Assembly (NCBI GenBank): GCA_035390885.1
Contig: DAOOUW010000004.1
Location: 2,102-66,101 of the forward strand
Length of the DNA: 64,000 nt
Direction of reading: 5' to 3'
Source of the DNA: Bacteroidota bacterium
GTDB lineage: Bacteria > Bacteroidota > Ignavibacteria > UBA10030
Below the pieces are notes generated by a model. The model was not told the origin of the DNA and ran no database searches. It saw nothing but the letters and a program-made list of their open reading frames with translations. This document shows, in pieces, positions 44,429-54,002 of this stretch. Within the stretch, counting starts at the first letter, position 1. Each line of letters opens with the position of its first letter. The translations under genes were made by a program, and so were the position numbers.

Positions 44429-45301
44429 ATGAATCGTCGCGAATTTCTACAATGCGGATATCTCTCAGTCATTGCAAGCGTATTGTATCGTGCCAATGCG
44501 TTTTCATTCCTTTCGTTCTCAGATATCCAGCAACGTCTCTGCGAAGAAAAATTTCGATACGCTGCAAAGCATCATTTATCGCAGAAGCCACTTCCCGAAA
44601 TCGTTACCGACATCGCTCGATCATTCATTGGTACGCCGTACGTCGCTCATACGCTCGATTTGGAAAACGGAGAACGTCTCATCATACGACTCGATGGAGT
44701 GGATTGCGTAACGCTCTATGAGTATTCTCTCGCCTTTGCTCGCTGCATCAAGAAGCGTACAACAACGTACGACGGCTTCTGCAATGAAGTACAATTCTTG
44801 AGATACAGAAATGGCATCATTGACGGATTTGCAAGTCGTCTCCACTACACATCCGATTACTTCTACAATAATGAGGAGAAAGGTGTGTTAAAGAACATCA
44901 CGAAGGAACTCGGCGACGTTCCATACAAAAAAACCATTAACTTTATGACAATGCATCGTGAATTGTATCCAGCGCTTCGCGATGATGCCGCCTTTCGTGC
45001 AATACAATCTGTCGAAAAAGAAATTAACAGCAGACAACTTTTCTATATTCCAAAGAGCAAAGTGTCTTCGATTGCACAATCAATCCATAGTGGAGACATC
45101 ATTGCTATTACCACAACAAAAGAGGGACTCGATTGTTCACATACTGGCATAGCGCTTCAGAAAAATAACGATCTCTATTTTATCCATGCACCAGTTCCGG
45201 GCTCTGCTGTTCAAATGACACAAATTCCACTTTGGAAGTACTTACAAAAAAATTCTGAACAGAGTGGCGTTATGGTTGCACGACCGCAGGAGGTTCAATG
45301 A
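44429..45301 (+). CDS. DUF1460-family (amidase-like) protein with a Tat-type signal.
   Basis: 'MNRREFLQCG' gives the RR motif. The central blocks 'RLDGVDCVTLYEYSLAFARC' resemble DUF1460. Confidence 0.5.
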   Translation: MNRREFLQCGYLSVIASVLYRANAFSFLSFSDIQQRLCEEKFRYAAKHHLSQKPLPEIVTDIARSFIGTPYVAHTLDLENGERLIIRLDGVDCVTLYEYSLAFARCIKKRTTTYDGFCNEVQFLRYRNGIIDGFASRLHYTSDYFYNNEEKGVLKNITKELGDVPYKKTINFMTMHRELYPALRDDAAFRAIQSVEKEINSRQLFYIPKSKVSSIAQSIHSGDIIAITTTKEGLDCSHTGIALQKNNDLYFIHAPVPGSAVQMTQIPLWKYLQKNSEQSGVMVARPQEVQ

Positions 45302-45840
45302 ACGAGAAAGAACTGCAGACCGTATTAAGCAAACTCCATATTGTTCGGGGAGATATAACCACTTTTGCTGTTGATGCAATCGTGAATGCAGCAAACACAA
45401 CACTTTTAGGAGGCGGCGGAGTCGATGGGGCAATTCACCGCGCAGCCGGACCACAATTACTGGAGGAATGTAAACAATTACACGGTTGTGCAACAGGCGA
45501 TGCTAAAATTACAAAAGGTTACAATTTACCGGCACGATTTGTTATTCACACTGTTGGTCCTGTGTGGCGAGGCGGCTCGCACAATGAGGAGAACCTTCTC
45601 GCACAATGTTATCGTCGATGTTTTGAAATCGCTCAGGAGCGCAAACTCCGTACGCTTGCTTTTCCATCGATCAGCACGGGCGCTTATGGTTTCCCGCTCG
45701 AACGCGCTGTTCCCATTGCTCTGAAAGAAATAATCACAGCTCTTTCGAACAATCAACTCCTCGAAGCTGTCTATGTTGTATGTTTCGATGAATATACCTA
45801 TTCTGTATATAAGTCTGTACTTAGCGAACAACAACAGTAA
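45298..45840 (+). CDS. Macro-domain O-acetyl-ADP-ribose deacetylase (MacroD/YmdB-like).
   Basis: 'VRGDITTFAVDAIVNAANTTLLGGGGVDGAIHRAAG' matches the macro domain. Confidence 0.85.
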   Translation: MNEKELQTVLSKLHIVRGDITTFAVDAIVNAANTTLLGGGGVDGAIHRAAGPQLLEECKQLHGCATGDAKITKGYNLPARFVIHTVGPVWRGGSHNEENLLAQCYRRCFEIAQERKLRTLAFPSISTGAYGFPLERAVPIALKEIITALSNNQLLEAVYVVCFDEYTYSVYKSVLSEQQQ

Positions 45841-45881
45841 CATATTTTCCCTTCACTCTAATATGAAAGGAGGAGAATGTT

Positions 45882-46454
45882 ATGGTACTTGTATCGGAGA
45901 TCAAGCCTGGCGCTGTCGTTATTATCGATGGGAGAATGGTTCGGGTTCTTGATGTCATTCACCATGCCGGAAGCGGACAAATGCATGGTTTCATCGAATT
46001 GAAACTGAAAGATATACGCTTTGGGCGCTTCAGCGACCAGCGATTCAAACCAACGGATAAACTCGAAAGTGTAGAAGTTGTAAAGAAGCAAATGGAATAT
46101 CTCTATGCAGATAACGAGCAACTCTACTTCATGGATCCAAAAACATTCGAACAGATTGGCGTTTCGAAAACTGTCGTTGGACCAATTGAAAAATTTTTAC
46201 GAGAAGGAACCGTCCTTACGGTTGAACTCGTCGGAGAGGAACCGGTTAACATTCAATTTCCAAAAATTGTAGAGTTGAAGGTAACAATGACAGGACCAAG
46301 CGTCCGTGATGCTCAGGATAATACAATGAAAAGTGCGACTCTTGAAAATGGAATGGAAATCCTTGTTCCACAGTTTGTTGAAACGGGAGATATTGTACGG
46401 GTCGATACCGAAAAAATTAAATATGTTGAACGTGTTCCAACCAAAAAAATATAA
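45882..46454 (+). CDS. efp: Elongation factor P.
   Basis: 190 aa. The 'KPGAVVIIDGRMVRVLD' N-terminal KOW-like domain is present. Confidence 0.9.
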   Translation: MVLVSEIKPGAVVIIDGRMVRVLDVIHHAGSGQMHGFIELKLKDIRFGRFSDQRFKPTDKLESVEVVKKQMEYLYADNEQLYFMDPKTFEQIGVSKTVVGPIEKFLREGTVLTVELVGEEPVNIQFPKIVELKVTMTGPSVRDAQDNTMKSATLENGMEILVPQFVETGDIVRVDTEKIKYVERVPTKKI

Positions 46455-46455
46455 T

Positions 46456-47445
46456 ATGAAGTCAAAAATTGTTTTGCTCTTTGCACTTATTAGCGCGTTT
46501 GAAACAACAGCGTTTGCACAGAAGCCGCCATCATTCCGTCGCGATTCCGTAAAGGAAACATTCAATGATAAATCTATTATGATACGCTATGGAAAGCCGA
46601 CAATGAACGGGAGAAAAATATTTGGCGGCTCAGTTCCATATTATAAAGTGTGGCGTACTGGCGCTGGACAATCCACTGAACTTGAAACCGAAGTAGATAT
46701 CGAAATGGAAGGCGCAATCATTCCTCAAGGGAAATATTCGCTCTATACCATTCCAACTGAGACGACATGGAAATTCATTATCAACAAACAAACAGGGCAA
46801 TGGGGAACCGTGTATAATTCTCAGCTCGATCTTGCACGAATCGATGTACAGCCGAAACGACTCTCAAAACCAGTCGAGGAACTTACGTTTCGGATTCAGA
46901 AACGCAGTGCATCGGAAGGCGCTCTTGTACTCGAATGGGAAACAACTTACATCGAAGCGCCATTCCACGTAAGCCAGGAACCGCTGCTGCCGAGTCCTCG
47001 CGATTCTGTGATTCGATATATTGATGGCGCTCGTCTTGTTGTTGATTATAGCCGGCCTTCTGTGCGTGGACGAAAAATTTTTGGCGGTGTAGTTCCTTAT
47101 GGACAGGTTTGGCGGACAGGAGCCAACGCTGCAACATCCTTGACGACAACCAGCGATCTTTTAATCAACAAGGTGCGTATTCCCAAAGGCTCTTATACGC
47201 TCTACACGCTACCAACAAAACGAGGTTGGTGGCTTATCATTAACAAGCAAACAGGACAGTGGGGAACCGTTTACAACAGGTCGCTTGACTTAGCGCGCCT
47301 GCCAATGAAAGTAACATTGCTTCCTTACAATGTGGAGAAATTCACAATTTCTATCGAGCCGCTTCAAGGAAAGCGCGGCGTACTCAAGCTTCAGTGGGAA
47401 CGAACAGAAGCATCAGTTGAATTTGAGGTTATAGAATCAAAGTAG
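46456..47445 (+). CDS. Secreted protein with two tandem DUF2911-like repeats. The ORF-track start at 46333 overlaps efp and is rejected.
   Basis: The signal peptide 'MKSKIVLLFALISAFETTAFAQ' follows the ATG at 46456. An internal duplication is visible: 'GRKIFGG.VPY..VWRTGA' and 'INKQTGQWGTVYN' each appear twice. Confidence 0.55.
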   Translation: MKSKIVLLFALISAFETTAFAQKPPSFRRDSVKETFNDKSIMIRYGKPTMNGRKIFGGSVPYYKVWRTGAGQSTELETEVDIEMEGAIIPQGKYSLYTIPTETTWKFIINKQTGQWGTVYNSQLDLARIDVQPKRLSKPVEELTFRIQKRSASEGALVLEWETTYIEAPFHVSQEPLLPSPRDSVIRYIDGARLVVDYSRPSVRGRKIFGGVVPYGQVWRTGANAATSLTTTSDLLINKVRIPKGSYTLYTLPTKRGWWLIINKQTGQWGTVYNRSLDLARLPMKVTLLPYNVEKFTISIEPLQGKRGVLKLQWERTEASVEFEVIESK

Positions 47446-47472
47446 AAGGGCTTTGAAAAGGATTGAAGAGAG

Positions 47473-47544
<72 letters not shown>

Positions 47545-47703
47545 ACGTGCTATCAATGATACAAGAAATTTTTCACCGATGCAATTCTACCAATTCCACG
47601 ATAGTTAATATCGTCTGGTATCTGTCGAAATCTTATCCAATAATAAAATAATTTTATTATTATCCGTGTCCCTCAGTCTTTATTTGCTCTATCATAAAAT
47701 TCT

Positions 47704-48756
47704 CTATCCCTTTAGTTCAGAAATATATTTTCCGCCACAACGATAACACACAGCTAATGGTTGCTTACGTCGATATTCTCGAAATTTCTGTGCCTGCGTA
47801 CTATTCCAGAGTTCCTGAATAGTTGCCTCTTTAACGTTGCCAAAACTATAATCGGGATAATCGACGCAGAAATTGGCTTCACCATCAGGTTGAATATCTA
47901 TAAGATTTTCAACGTTATTACATTTTAACGATCCAACCGGCGTTACATCATCACTAAACCAGATTTTATATTCTTCTTCTGTCAAAGGCATATAAGGAAA
48001 ATTTTCTATGCCATTAAGACTCTCTTTGTACTTCTTGAGTTCTTCCAAAAAGAATTCAATATCAACTCCCGAATCGACATGATGAAAACCTTTCCAGGAA
48101 TATGCCGGCAGATTGAAATGCTCTCTCAGTTCATTTTCATATTTTCTGCCAGTTTCTGCAGAAACATAATAGTAAGGCACAATATTAATAGAATTGATAT
48201 GCACGCTTCTTGCCACATCTGGCATCTTTCCCAAGCCTCTATAGGAATATTTACTTATCGTAAAGCATATACTTCTACTGATTCTATTTTCCTTATCCAA
48301 CATATTTAAGAGTTCTATGCTCTTCTTTGTCTTTTTGAAACTGCCGTTCACTCCTCGAACATAATCATGAATTTCTTCTGGTCCATCAATTGAAAAAGTA
48401 ATATGCATGTTCCCTAATTGAATTATCTCCTCTACATACTTTTCCAAGTACGTTCCATTTGTATCCAATGAAATAAAAATCCCCTTATTGTGTATATATC
48501 GAAGAAGATCCATTATATGGGGAAAGAGAAATGGTTCGCCCCCACGAACGAGAATAAATCTAACGCTATAGTTTGAAATTTCATCAACCAGACGTATCCA
48601 ATCCTCCAGTCCCATTTTTGTATGATGCGTGGATTGTTTTGTATTTTTTTTGACGTATCCATCTTCGCTCCATTGACCACACATTCGACATCTTAGATTA
48701 CAGGCATTTGTTACTGTAAAAGACACAAACTCGGGAAAATTATTATTTGTCGCCAT
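47704..48756 (-). CDS. Radical SAM enzyme with a C-terminal SPASM/twitch-like Cys cluster.
   Basis: 'CNLRCRMCGQW' is the CxxxCxxC motif. The C-terminus has 'ANFCVDYPDYSFGNV...LAVCYRCGG'. Confidence 0.7.
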   Translation of the reverse strand: MATNNNFPEFVSFTVTNACNLRCRMCGQWSEDGYVKKNTKQSTHHTKMGLEDWIRLVDEISNYSVRFILVRGGEPFLFPHIMDLLRYIHNKGIFISLDTNGTYLEKYVEEIIQLGNMHITFSIDGPEEIHDYVRGVNGSFKKTKKSIELLNMLDKENRISRSICFTISKYSYRGLGKMPDVARSVHINSINIVPYYYVSAETGRKYENELREHFNLPAYSWKGFHHVDSGVDIEFFLEELKKYKESLNGIENFPYMPLTEEEYKIWFSDDVTPVGSLKCNNVENLIDIQPDGEANFCVDYPDYSFGNVKEATIQELWNSTQAQKFREYRRKQPLAVCYRCGGKYISELKG

Positions 48757-49203
48757 GATCGTACACCTTTCATTGAATAGAGGGTGACTCTGTTTGTAAT
48801 TTTTAATGATTTAATTATGAATTCAAAATCTTATCTTGGGCGCGAATTCTGTAAAGCTATCGAACCAGTATCTTTTATATTCATCCGGAACTGATGCAAT
48901 CTTATCAGTTCTCATTAAAAGTTTGGTAATGATTGTAATCCCATCGTAAGAAAACAGAAGGATGACTTTATTTCCAGATGCAAAAATGCTGGTCAAGATT
49001 TTTCCACCTTACAATCTCACTTACAATTTTAGAGCCTTCACATCCATGAAAACTCTCTCCTGTTTTTAGTCTTTGCCCGCCTTCGATTACGCCAACGAGC
49101 AATGGAAACGTACGCACTTTTCAATCTTGATTCAATGGAAGAGGAAAATAAATAAAGTCTGATGCAGAATCAGCATCAACAATTGGCTGGTGAACATTCG
49201 TAC

Positions 49204-49238
49204 ATAAAAAAACCCATCCCGATGTTTGCAGGATGGGC
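49204..49238 (-). terminator. Rho-independent terminator of rpsT.
   Basis: Minus-strand hairpin 'cccatcc...ggatggg' followed by T7. Confidence 0.6.
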
Positions 49239-49262
49239 TTCTATAATTGCAAGCAGATTAGT

Positions 49263-49517
49263 TTATGCTAATTTGTTTACAAACTTTGCTAATGCCGATT
49301 TTTGATTGCTTGCTTTATTTTTATGGATAGTTCCTTTTGCGGCAAGTTCATCTAAATATTTGACTGCGCGTTTCAAAGCTACTGTGCCTTCTTCTTTCGT
49401 CTTTGCCATTCGCACGCGCTTAATAAGCGTCTTCATTTTCGATAAATTTGCTTTATTCCGCTCTGTACGCCGCTTGGTCTGTCTCACTCTTTTTTCAGCA
49501 GATTTATGTTGTGGCAT
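49263..49517 (-). CDS. rpsT: 30S ribosomal protein S20.
   Basis: 84 aa, basic, and 'MPQHKSAEKRVRQTKRRTERNK' is the typical S20 N-terminus. Confidence 0.9.
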   Translation of the reverse strand: MPQHKSAEKRVRQTKRRTERNKANLSKMKTLIKRVRMAKTKEEGTVALKRAVKYLDELAAKGTIHKNKASNQKSALAKFVNKLA

Positions 49518-49612
49518 TCAAATCTCCTCGTTTCGATACATATTCATTGACTTTTCTATAATAAAATAGAGAAGATTTTACAGATTTCCAAAGGATTTTT
49601 TAGCGCCGCAAT

Positions 49613-50179
49613 TCAACTTGATGCAAGAACGATATGCTGCATAATTCCACGCGCTATTGCTGCCGTTGCTCCCCAAATTTCATAACCGCCATATTTATAA
49701 TAGAAAATCTGGACTGCATTACCTTCGGAATCGTGGAACGTTGTTTCTCTATCAGCATCGGCAAGAAAAACATCGGCAGGCACACTCAGTACCTGGGCGA
49801 CTTCCTGAATGTTGATAGCCAGCGGCGGAAGCTCCTGAATAAATCCGACGACAGGCGTTATACAAAATCCAGTTTTCGTAGTATAATCATCGAACATTCC
49901 AAGTACTTCAACAGAAAGCGGCGGCAAACCAATTTCTTCATGCGCTTCGCGCAATGCAGTTGCAACAGCATCGGCATCATTAGGTTCACACATTCCGCCG
50001 GGGAATGAAATTTCTCTTTTATGGCGTTCTACCATTTCTGTCCGCTCTGTAAATAGCAAATACATTTCCTCATCGTGCATAAAGAAAGGAACGAGCGCTG
50101 CCGATCTTCGCTTGTGAGTGCACGGCAATTCTTTTCGCTTATAGGTTTGGAACGCGTTTCGAATATCAGAAACTGTCAT
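49613..50179 (-). CDS. NUDIX hydrolase (CoA-pyrophosphatase-like).
   Basis: The NUDIX box lies in 'FPGGMCEPNDADAVATALREAHEEIGL'. Confidence 0.75.
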   Translation of the reverse strand: MTVSDIRNAFQTYKRKELPCTHKRRSAALVPFFMHDEEMYLLFTERTEMVERHKREISFPGGMCEPNDADAVATALREAHEEIGLPPLSVEVLGMFDDYTTKTGFCITPVVGFIQELPPLAINIQEVAQVLSVPADVFLADADRETTFHDSEGNAVQIFYYKYGGYEIWGATAAIARGIMQHIVLASS

Positions 50180-51195
50180 TACTGCTCGATTAGTTCTTTG
50201 TTGCTAGAACGTTCTTTCTGTTGAGATTTTGTTTTTCCATGATGAGTACAGCCCGAACAATTCGAACCTTTGCTCCCGCAACATTCTTTTTCAGATATTT
50301 TACAGTCGTGTAACAAACTTGTTCCATGAGCTGTCGGCGCTTGAAACTGTAATAACTCTCCGATTGTTGGAGCAAGATCGATTTGCGTACGCTTTGTTGA
50401 AACAACACAATTTGCAGGAATTTCACGACCGATAGCAAGAAGCAAAATATGTTGACATCCTTCGCAATCGCATCCGTGTTCGGCAAAACCGCCGTGTTGT
50501 TCGTCGTGCCGACCGTGATCGTTCGTTACAAATAACGTGGTTTTATTCTGGTAGAATTCATTCGACTGAATAAACTTCCAGAGTTCATATACCAGAGAAT
50601 CAACTGTTTTGATGGCTGAAAGGTACCCTTGCCAATCGCGGTTGTGTCCTTTACGATCGACTTCGGGAAAGTTGATGAACACAATGCGAGGATGATACCG
50701 TGAAAGAATTTTCTTCGAAGTGGTAAATATTGATTTATCATCATCTCCGAGAAAAAACGACGCACAATATTTCTTTCCATAACCTTCCGCTGTACTATAT
50801 GTCAGAATTTGCAACTTCTTTTTTCCGACAATCACTGCAACATCTTTTTCTGATGCTCGAAAATCTTTTCTAAAATATTCAAAAACGGTCGGAGTTGTGG
50901 GTCTCTTTTTCCCTTCGTTATCGAGTTGCTGCCACACGCCGGTCTCAAGAGAAGCATGCGCTGGTGCAGTTTTGGTCAATCCTTCATTCCTAAAATTTAT
51001 CCAGATTGTTCCTTGAGGTTTCATTGTCTTCCAAAGGAAAGGAGTATAAGTACTTTCAGCGCCAAAAGTCTCGGAGTAGCGAGCGCCATCAATGACAACA
51101 ACAATAACATTTTGCGCTTTCAGTGGAATGACGACGAAGAGAAGAGTGAAGAAGAATACAGTGAAGGAAGATTTCCTTATAAGAGAGTTAAGCAT
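50179..51195 (-). CDS. Secreted alkaline-phosphatase-superfamily enzyme (type I phosphodiesterase / nucleotide pyrophosphatase-like) with a Cys/His-rich C-terminal tail.
   Basis: It has a signal peptide. Metal-site blocks are 'VIVVVIDGARYSETFG' and 'FVTNDHGRHDEQHGG'. The tail reads 'CDCEGCQH...CCGSKGSNCSGCTHHG'. Confidence 0.55.
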   Translation of the reverse strand: MLNSLIRKSSFTVFFFTLLFVVIPLKAQNVIVVVIDGARYSETFGAESTYTPFLWKTMKPQGTIWINFRNEGLTKTAPAHASLETGVWQQLDNEGKKRPTTPTVFEYFRKDFRASEKDVAVIVGKKKLQILTYSTAEGYGKKYCASFFLGDDDKSIFTTSKKILSRYHPRIVFINFPEVDRKGHNRDWQGYLSAIKTVDSLVYELWKFIQSNEFYQNKTTLFVTNDHGRHDEQHGGFAEHGCDCEGCQHILLLAIGREIPANCVVSTKRTQIDLAPTIGELLQFQAPTAHGTSLLHDCKISEKECCGSKGSNCSGCTHHGKTKSQQKERSSNKELIEQ

Positions 51196-51219
51196 CCGTT
51201 AATTCCTTTCATTTCACTA

Positions 51220-52638
51220 TTATATGCGTTTAGGTTTATAGAATACGTGTGGTTTAATCATTTGTTCAGGCGAGAGAATCGCATCGAGTTCTTCTTTCGA
51301 CAAATATCCTTTTTCCAAAACAACATCGTATACCGAACGATTGGTAGTCAGTGCAATGTGCGCTACTTCTGTAGCTTTTTCATATCCAATGTAAGGATTC
51401 AATGCTGTGGCAAGTCCAATGCTATTTTCTACCATTTTTCTGCAAACATCAGCGTTGGCGGTGATTCCTCGAATGCAGCGTTCGGTGAGTGTACGGCAGG
51501 CGCGGCTCAGAATTTCAGACGACGTAAAAAGGCTATACGCAATAATTGGTTCCATCACATTGAGCTCGAGTTGTCCTGCTTCTGCCGCCATTGTTACTGT
51601 TGTATCATTGCCAATAACACAGAATGCAACTTGATTCACAACTTCTGGAATAATTGGATTGATTTTCCCTGGCATAATCGAGGAGCCAGCAGCCATCGGA
51701 GGGAGATTGATTTCGTGGAGACCCGCGCGCGGTCCTGAAGAGAGAAGACGAAGATCATTACAAATTTTCGATAGCTTGACTGCAACTCGTTTCAATACTC
51801 CAGAAAGTTGAACGTACACGCCGGTATCCTGCGTTGCTTCGACAAGATTTTCAGAAAGAACCACCGGCACACTGCTCATTTCCCGAAGATAGTTGGTTAC
51901 AATGCGCGCATAGTCTGGATGTGCATTGAGTCCTGTTCCAATTGCTGTCGCTCCGAGATTGATTTCACGGAGAAGGGATTGTGATTCTGTAATTCGCTGA
52001 ACATCTTCATTCACTGTTACTGCCCACGCTTCGAACTCCTGTCCAAGCGTCATTGGAACAGCATCCTGTAATTGTGTACGTCCCATTTTTATGATGTGGG
52101 AAAATTCTTTTCCTTTCTCGAAGAGCGCGTCGCGAACTCCTTCAAGCTCTTCTCTGAGCCTGTCCATCTTCTTGCTCAATGTCATGCGAAGAGCGGTCGG
52201 ATAGACATCGTTCGTTGATTGGGAAAGGTTTACATGGATAAGTGGATGAAGGATATCGTATCTTCCTTTTTCATATCCAAGAAGTTCAAGCGCTCGATTT
52301 GCGATCACTTCATTCGCATTCATATTCGTCGAAGTGCCTGCCCCACCCTGGATGACGTCAACAACAAATTCTTCCATCAACGCCCCGTTGTAGATTTCAT
52401 CGCACGCGTGAGCGATTGCGTCTGCAAGCTGAGGTTCGAGCAATCCTAAATCACGATTTGCAAATGCCGCCGCTTTTTTGATCAGTACAAGAAATTGAAT
52501 GAAGAGAGGATAGTGTGAAATTTGAATTCCAGTGATATTGTAATTTTCCAGAGCGCGAAGCGTGTGAATGCCATAGTACCGTTCTGCTGGTACATCCCGT
52601 TCGCCAAGTAAATCATGCTCACGCCGTACGGCTGACAT
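51220..52638 (-). CDS. aspA: Aspartate ammonia-lyase.
   Basis: 'GSSIMPGKINP' is the fumarate-lyase signature. 'ICNDLRLLSSGPRAGL' and the C-terminal 'GITANADVCRKMVENSIG' closely resemble AspA. Length is 472 aa. Confidence 0.8.
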   Translation of the reverse strand: MSAVRREHDLLGERDVPAERYYGIHTLRALENYNITGIQISHYPLFIQFLVLIKKAAAFANRDLGLLEPQLADAIAHACDEIYNGALMEEFVVDVIQGGAGTSTNMNANEVIANRALELLGYEKGRYDILHPLIHVNLSQSTNDVYPTALRMTLSKKMDRLREELEGVRDALFEKGKEFSHIIKMGRTQLQDAVPMTLGQEFEAWAVTVNEDVQRITESQSLLREINLGATAIGTGLNAHPDYARIVTNYLREMSSVPVVLSENLVEATQDTGVYVQLSGVLKRVAVKLSKICNDLRLLSSGPRAGLHEINLPPMAAGSSIMPGKINPIIPEVVNQVAFCVIGNDTTVTMAAEAGQLELNVMEPIIAYSLFTSSEILSRACRTLTERCIRGITANADVCRKMVENSIGLATALNPYIGYEKATEVAHIALTTNRSVYDVVLEKGYLSKEELDAILSPEQMIKPHVFYKPKRI

Positions 52639-52651
52639 CTTTATCTCCGCA

Positions 52652-53872
52652 TTATATTTTATTCAACGCTTGATAAAAATCATCAATGAGATCGTTCACG
52701 CCTTCCACGCCAACAGAAATCCGAATCATTCCTGCTGAGACCCCGTGCTTGCGAAGCTCTTCATCGGACATGAAAACATGAGATGAATAAACTGGAATGC
52801 TCACAAGCGTATCGACGCTTCCAAGCGACATCGCATTGACGGCAATTCGGAGAGAATCGCACACACGCGCAGCAGCTTCAGCAGGAGCGTATTTGCGAGA
52901 GGATTTCAGTTCAATGGTTACCATTCCGCCATAATCGTTCATTTGTTTTTTTGCAATACGATGATGAGGATGGGATGGAAGTCCCGGATAGAGAACGCGT
53001 TTTACTTTAGGATGATGTTCCAGCGACTTTGCAAGTGTAAGAGCATTTTCATTCTGTCGCTGAACGCGAAGCTCAAAAGTTGCGAGACTCCTGTTGAGCA
53101 AAAAAGCAGCAAATGGATCCATACAACCGCCGAGGTATTTTGCAAGTGAGCGAACCTTCTGACAGAACGCTTTCTGACCAACCACAACGCCACCGAGCAA
53201 ATCGCTGTGTCCACCGAGGTATTTCGTTGCGCTTTCCACGCACACATCGATTCCCATTGCCAATGGATTTTGATTGATGACAGAAGCAAAAGTATTATCA
53301 ATCATCGAAAGAATTGGCTTGCCTGTTTTTGCACGCGCCTTTCCCGTCTGGCGAGCAATTTCTGCTATATCAACAATATTCAGTGTTGGATTCGTCGGTG
53401 TCTCGAAATAAATTAGAGCTGTCGTATCATCCGCCAGCGATGGAATTCTATCGAGCGCATCCGAATCAATGTAGAGAATATGCACGCCACGATTTTCGAG
53501 CTCATCACGAAACCATCGGTATGTTCCACCGTAAAGCGCTGGAGTACTAATAATTGTATTACCTGGTTTGACAAGAGTTTGAATGGCTGTAGTAATGGCA
53601 GCCATGCCCGAAGAAAAGAGTACCGCATCTTCAGCATCGTAAAGGAGCGCAATTTTTTCTTCGACTTCCTTTACGGTTGGATTATGATAGCGTGAGTAAA
53701 CAAATACATTTGGATCACCTTTCGCATATCGAATGGCATCCTCGGATGTTTCAAGGCGATAGGTAGAAGTTTGATAAATTGGTAACGCAACGGAACCTTT
53801 GTGAGGATACGTTTTTGCTCCGTGGAGCGCACGCGTTGCAAAAGACCGCTGCTGTAGTTTTTTCTTTCCCAT
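52652..53872 (-). CDS. PLP-dependent Cys/Met-metabolism enzyme (cystathionine gamma-synthase / beta-lyase / methionine gamma-lyase family).
   Basis: The PLP-Lys block 'ESATKYLGGHSD' and the N-terminal 'IYQTSTY' fit this family. Confidence 0.8.
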   Translation of the reverse strand: MGKKKLQQRSFATRALHGAKTYPHKGSVALPIYQTSTYRLETSEDAIRYAKGDPNVFVYSRYHNPTVKEVEEKIALLYDAEDAVLFSSGMAAITTAIQTLVKPGNTIISTPALYGGTYRWFRDELENRGVHILYIDSDALDRIPSLADDTTALIYFETPTNPTLNIVDIAEIARQTGKARAKTGKPILSMIDNTFASVINQNPLAMGIDVCVESATKYLGGHSDLLGGVVVGQKAFCQKVRSLAKYLGGCMDPFAAFLLNRSLATFELRVQRQNENALTLAKSLEHHPKVKRVLYPGLPSHPHHRIAKKQMNDYGGMVTIELKSSRKYAPAEAAARVCDSLRIAVNAMSLGSVDTLVSIPVYSSHVFMSDEELRKHGVSAGMIRISVGVEGVNDLIDDFYQALNKI

Positions 53873-54002
53873 AAATCATTCTCCAAAAGATTTTGAAAGA
53901 AAAGTAAAGAATAAGAACATAGGATTCAAATCCTCTGGCTGCACTTTCGCATTGCCTATGAGAGCTTTCTGTCGTAGATTTTTAGAATGGAAAGGAGCAA
54001 AA

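Noticed and set aside
46333-46454. The ORF-track start at 46333 for the DUF2911 protein overlaps the 3' end of efp.
   Set aside because: The overlapping N-terminal 41 codons lack a signal peptide. An ATG at 46456 directly precedes a typical signal peptide, so the overlap is an artefact of ORF extension.
49171-49200. A 9-aa minus-strand ORF 'MYECSPANC' immediately after the rpsT terminator.
   Set aside because: It is too short, has no RBS, and lies within the terminator T-tract. It is almost certainly a chance ORF.
50179-51195. The alkaline-phosphatase-superfamily protein interpreted as BREX PglZ, which would pair with the distant methyltransferase.
   Set aside because: It has a cleavable signal peptide and a small size (338 aa). 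It lies 10 kb from the R-M gene with housekeeping genes in between. PglZ is cytoplasmic and much larger.
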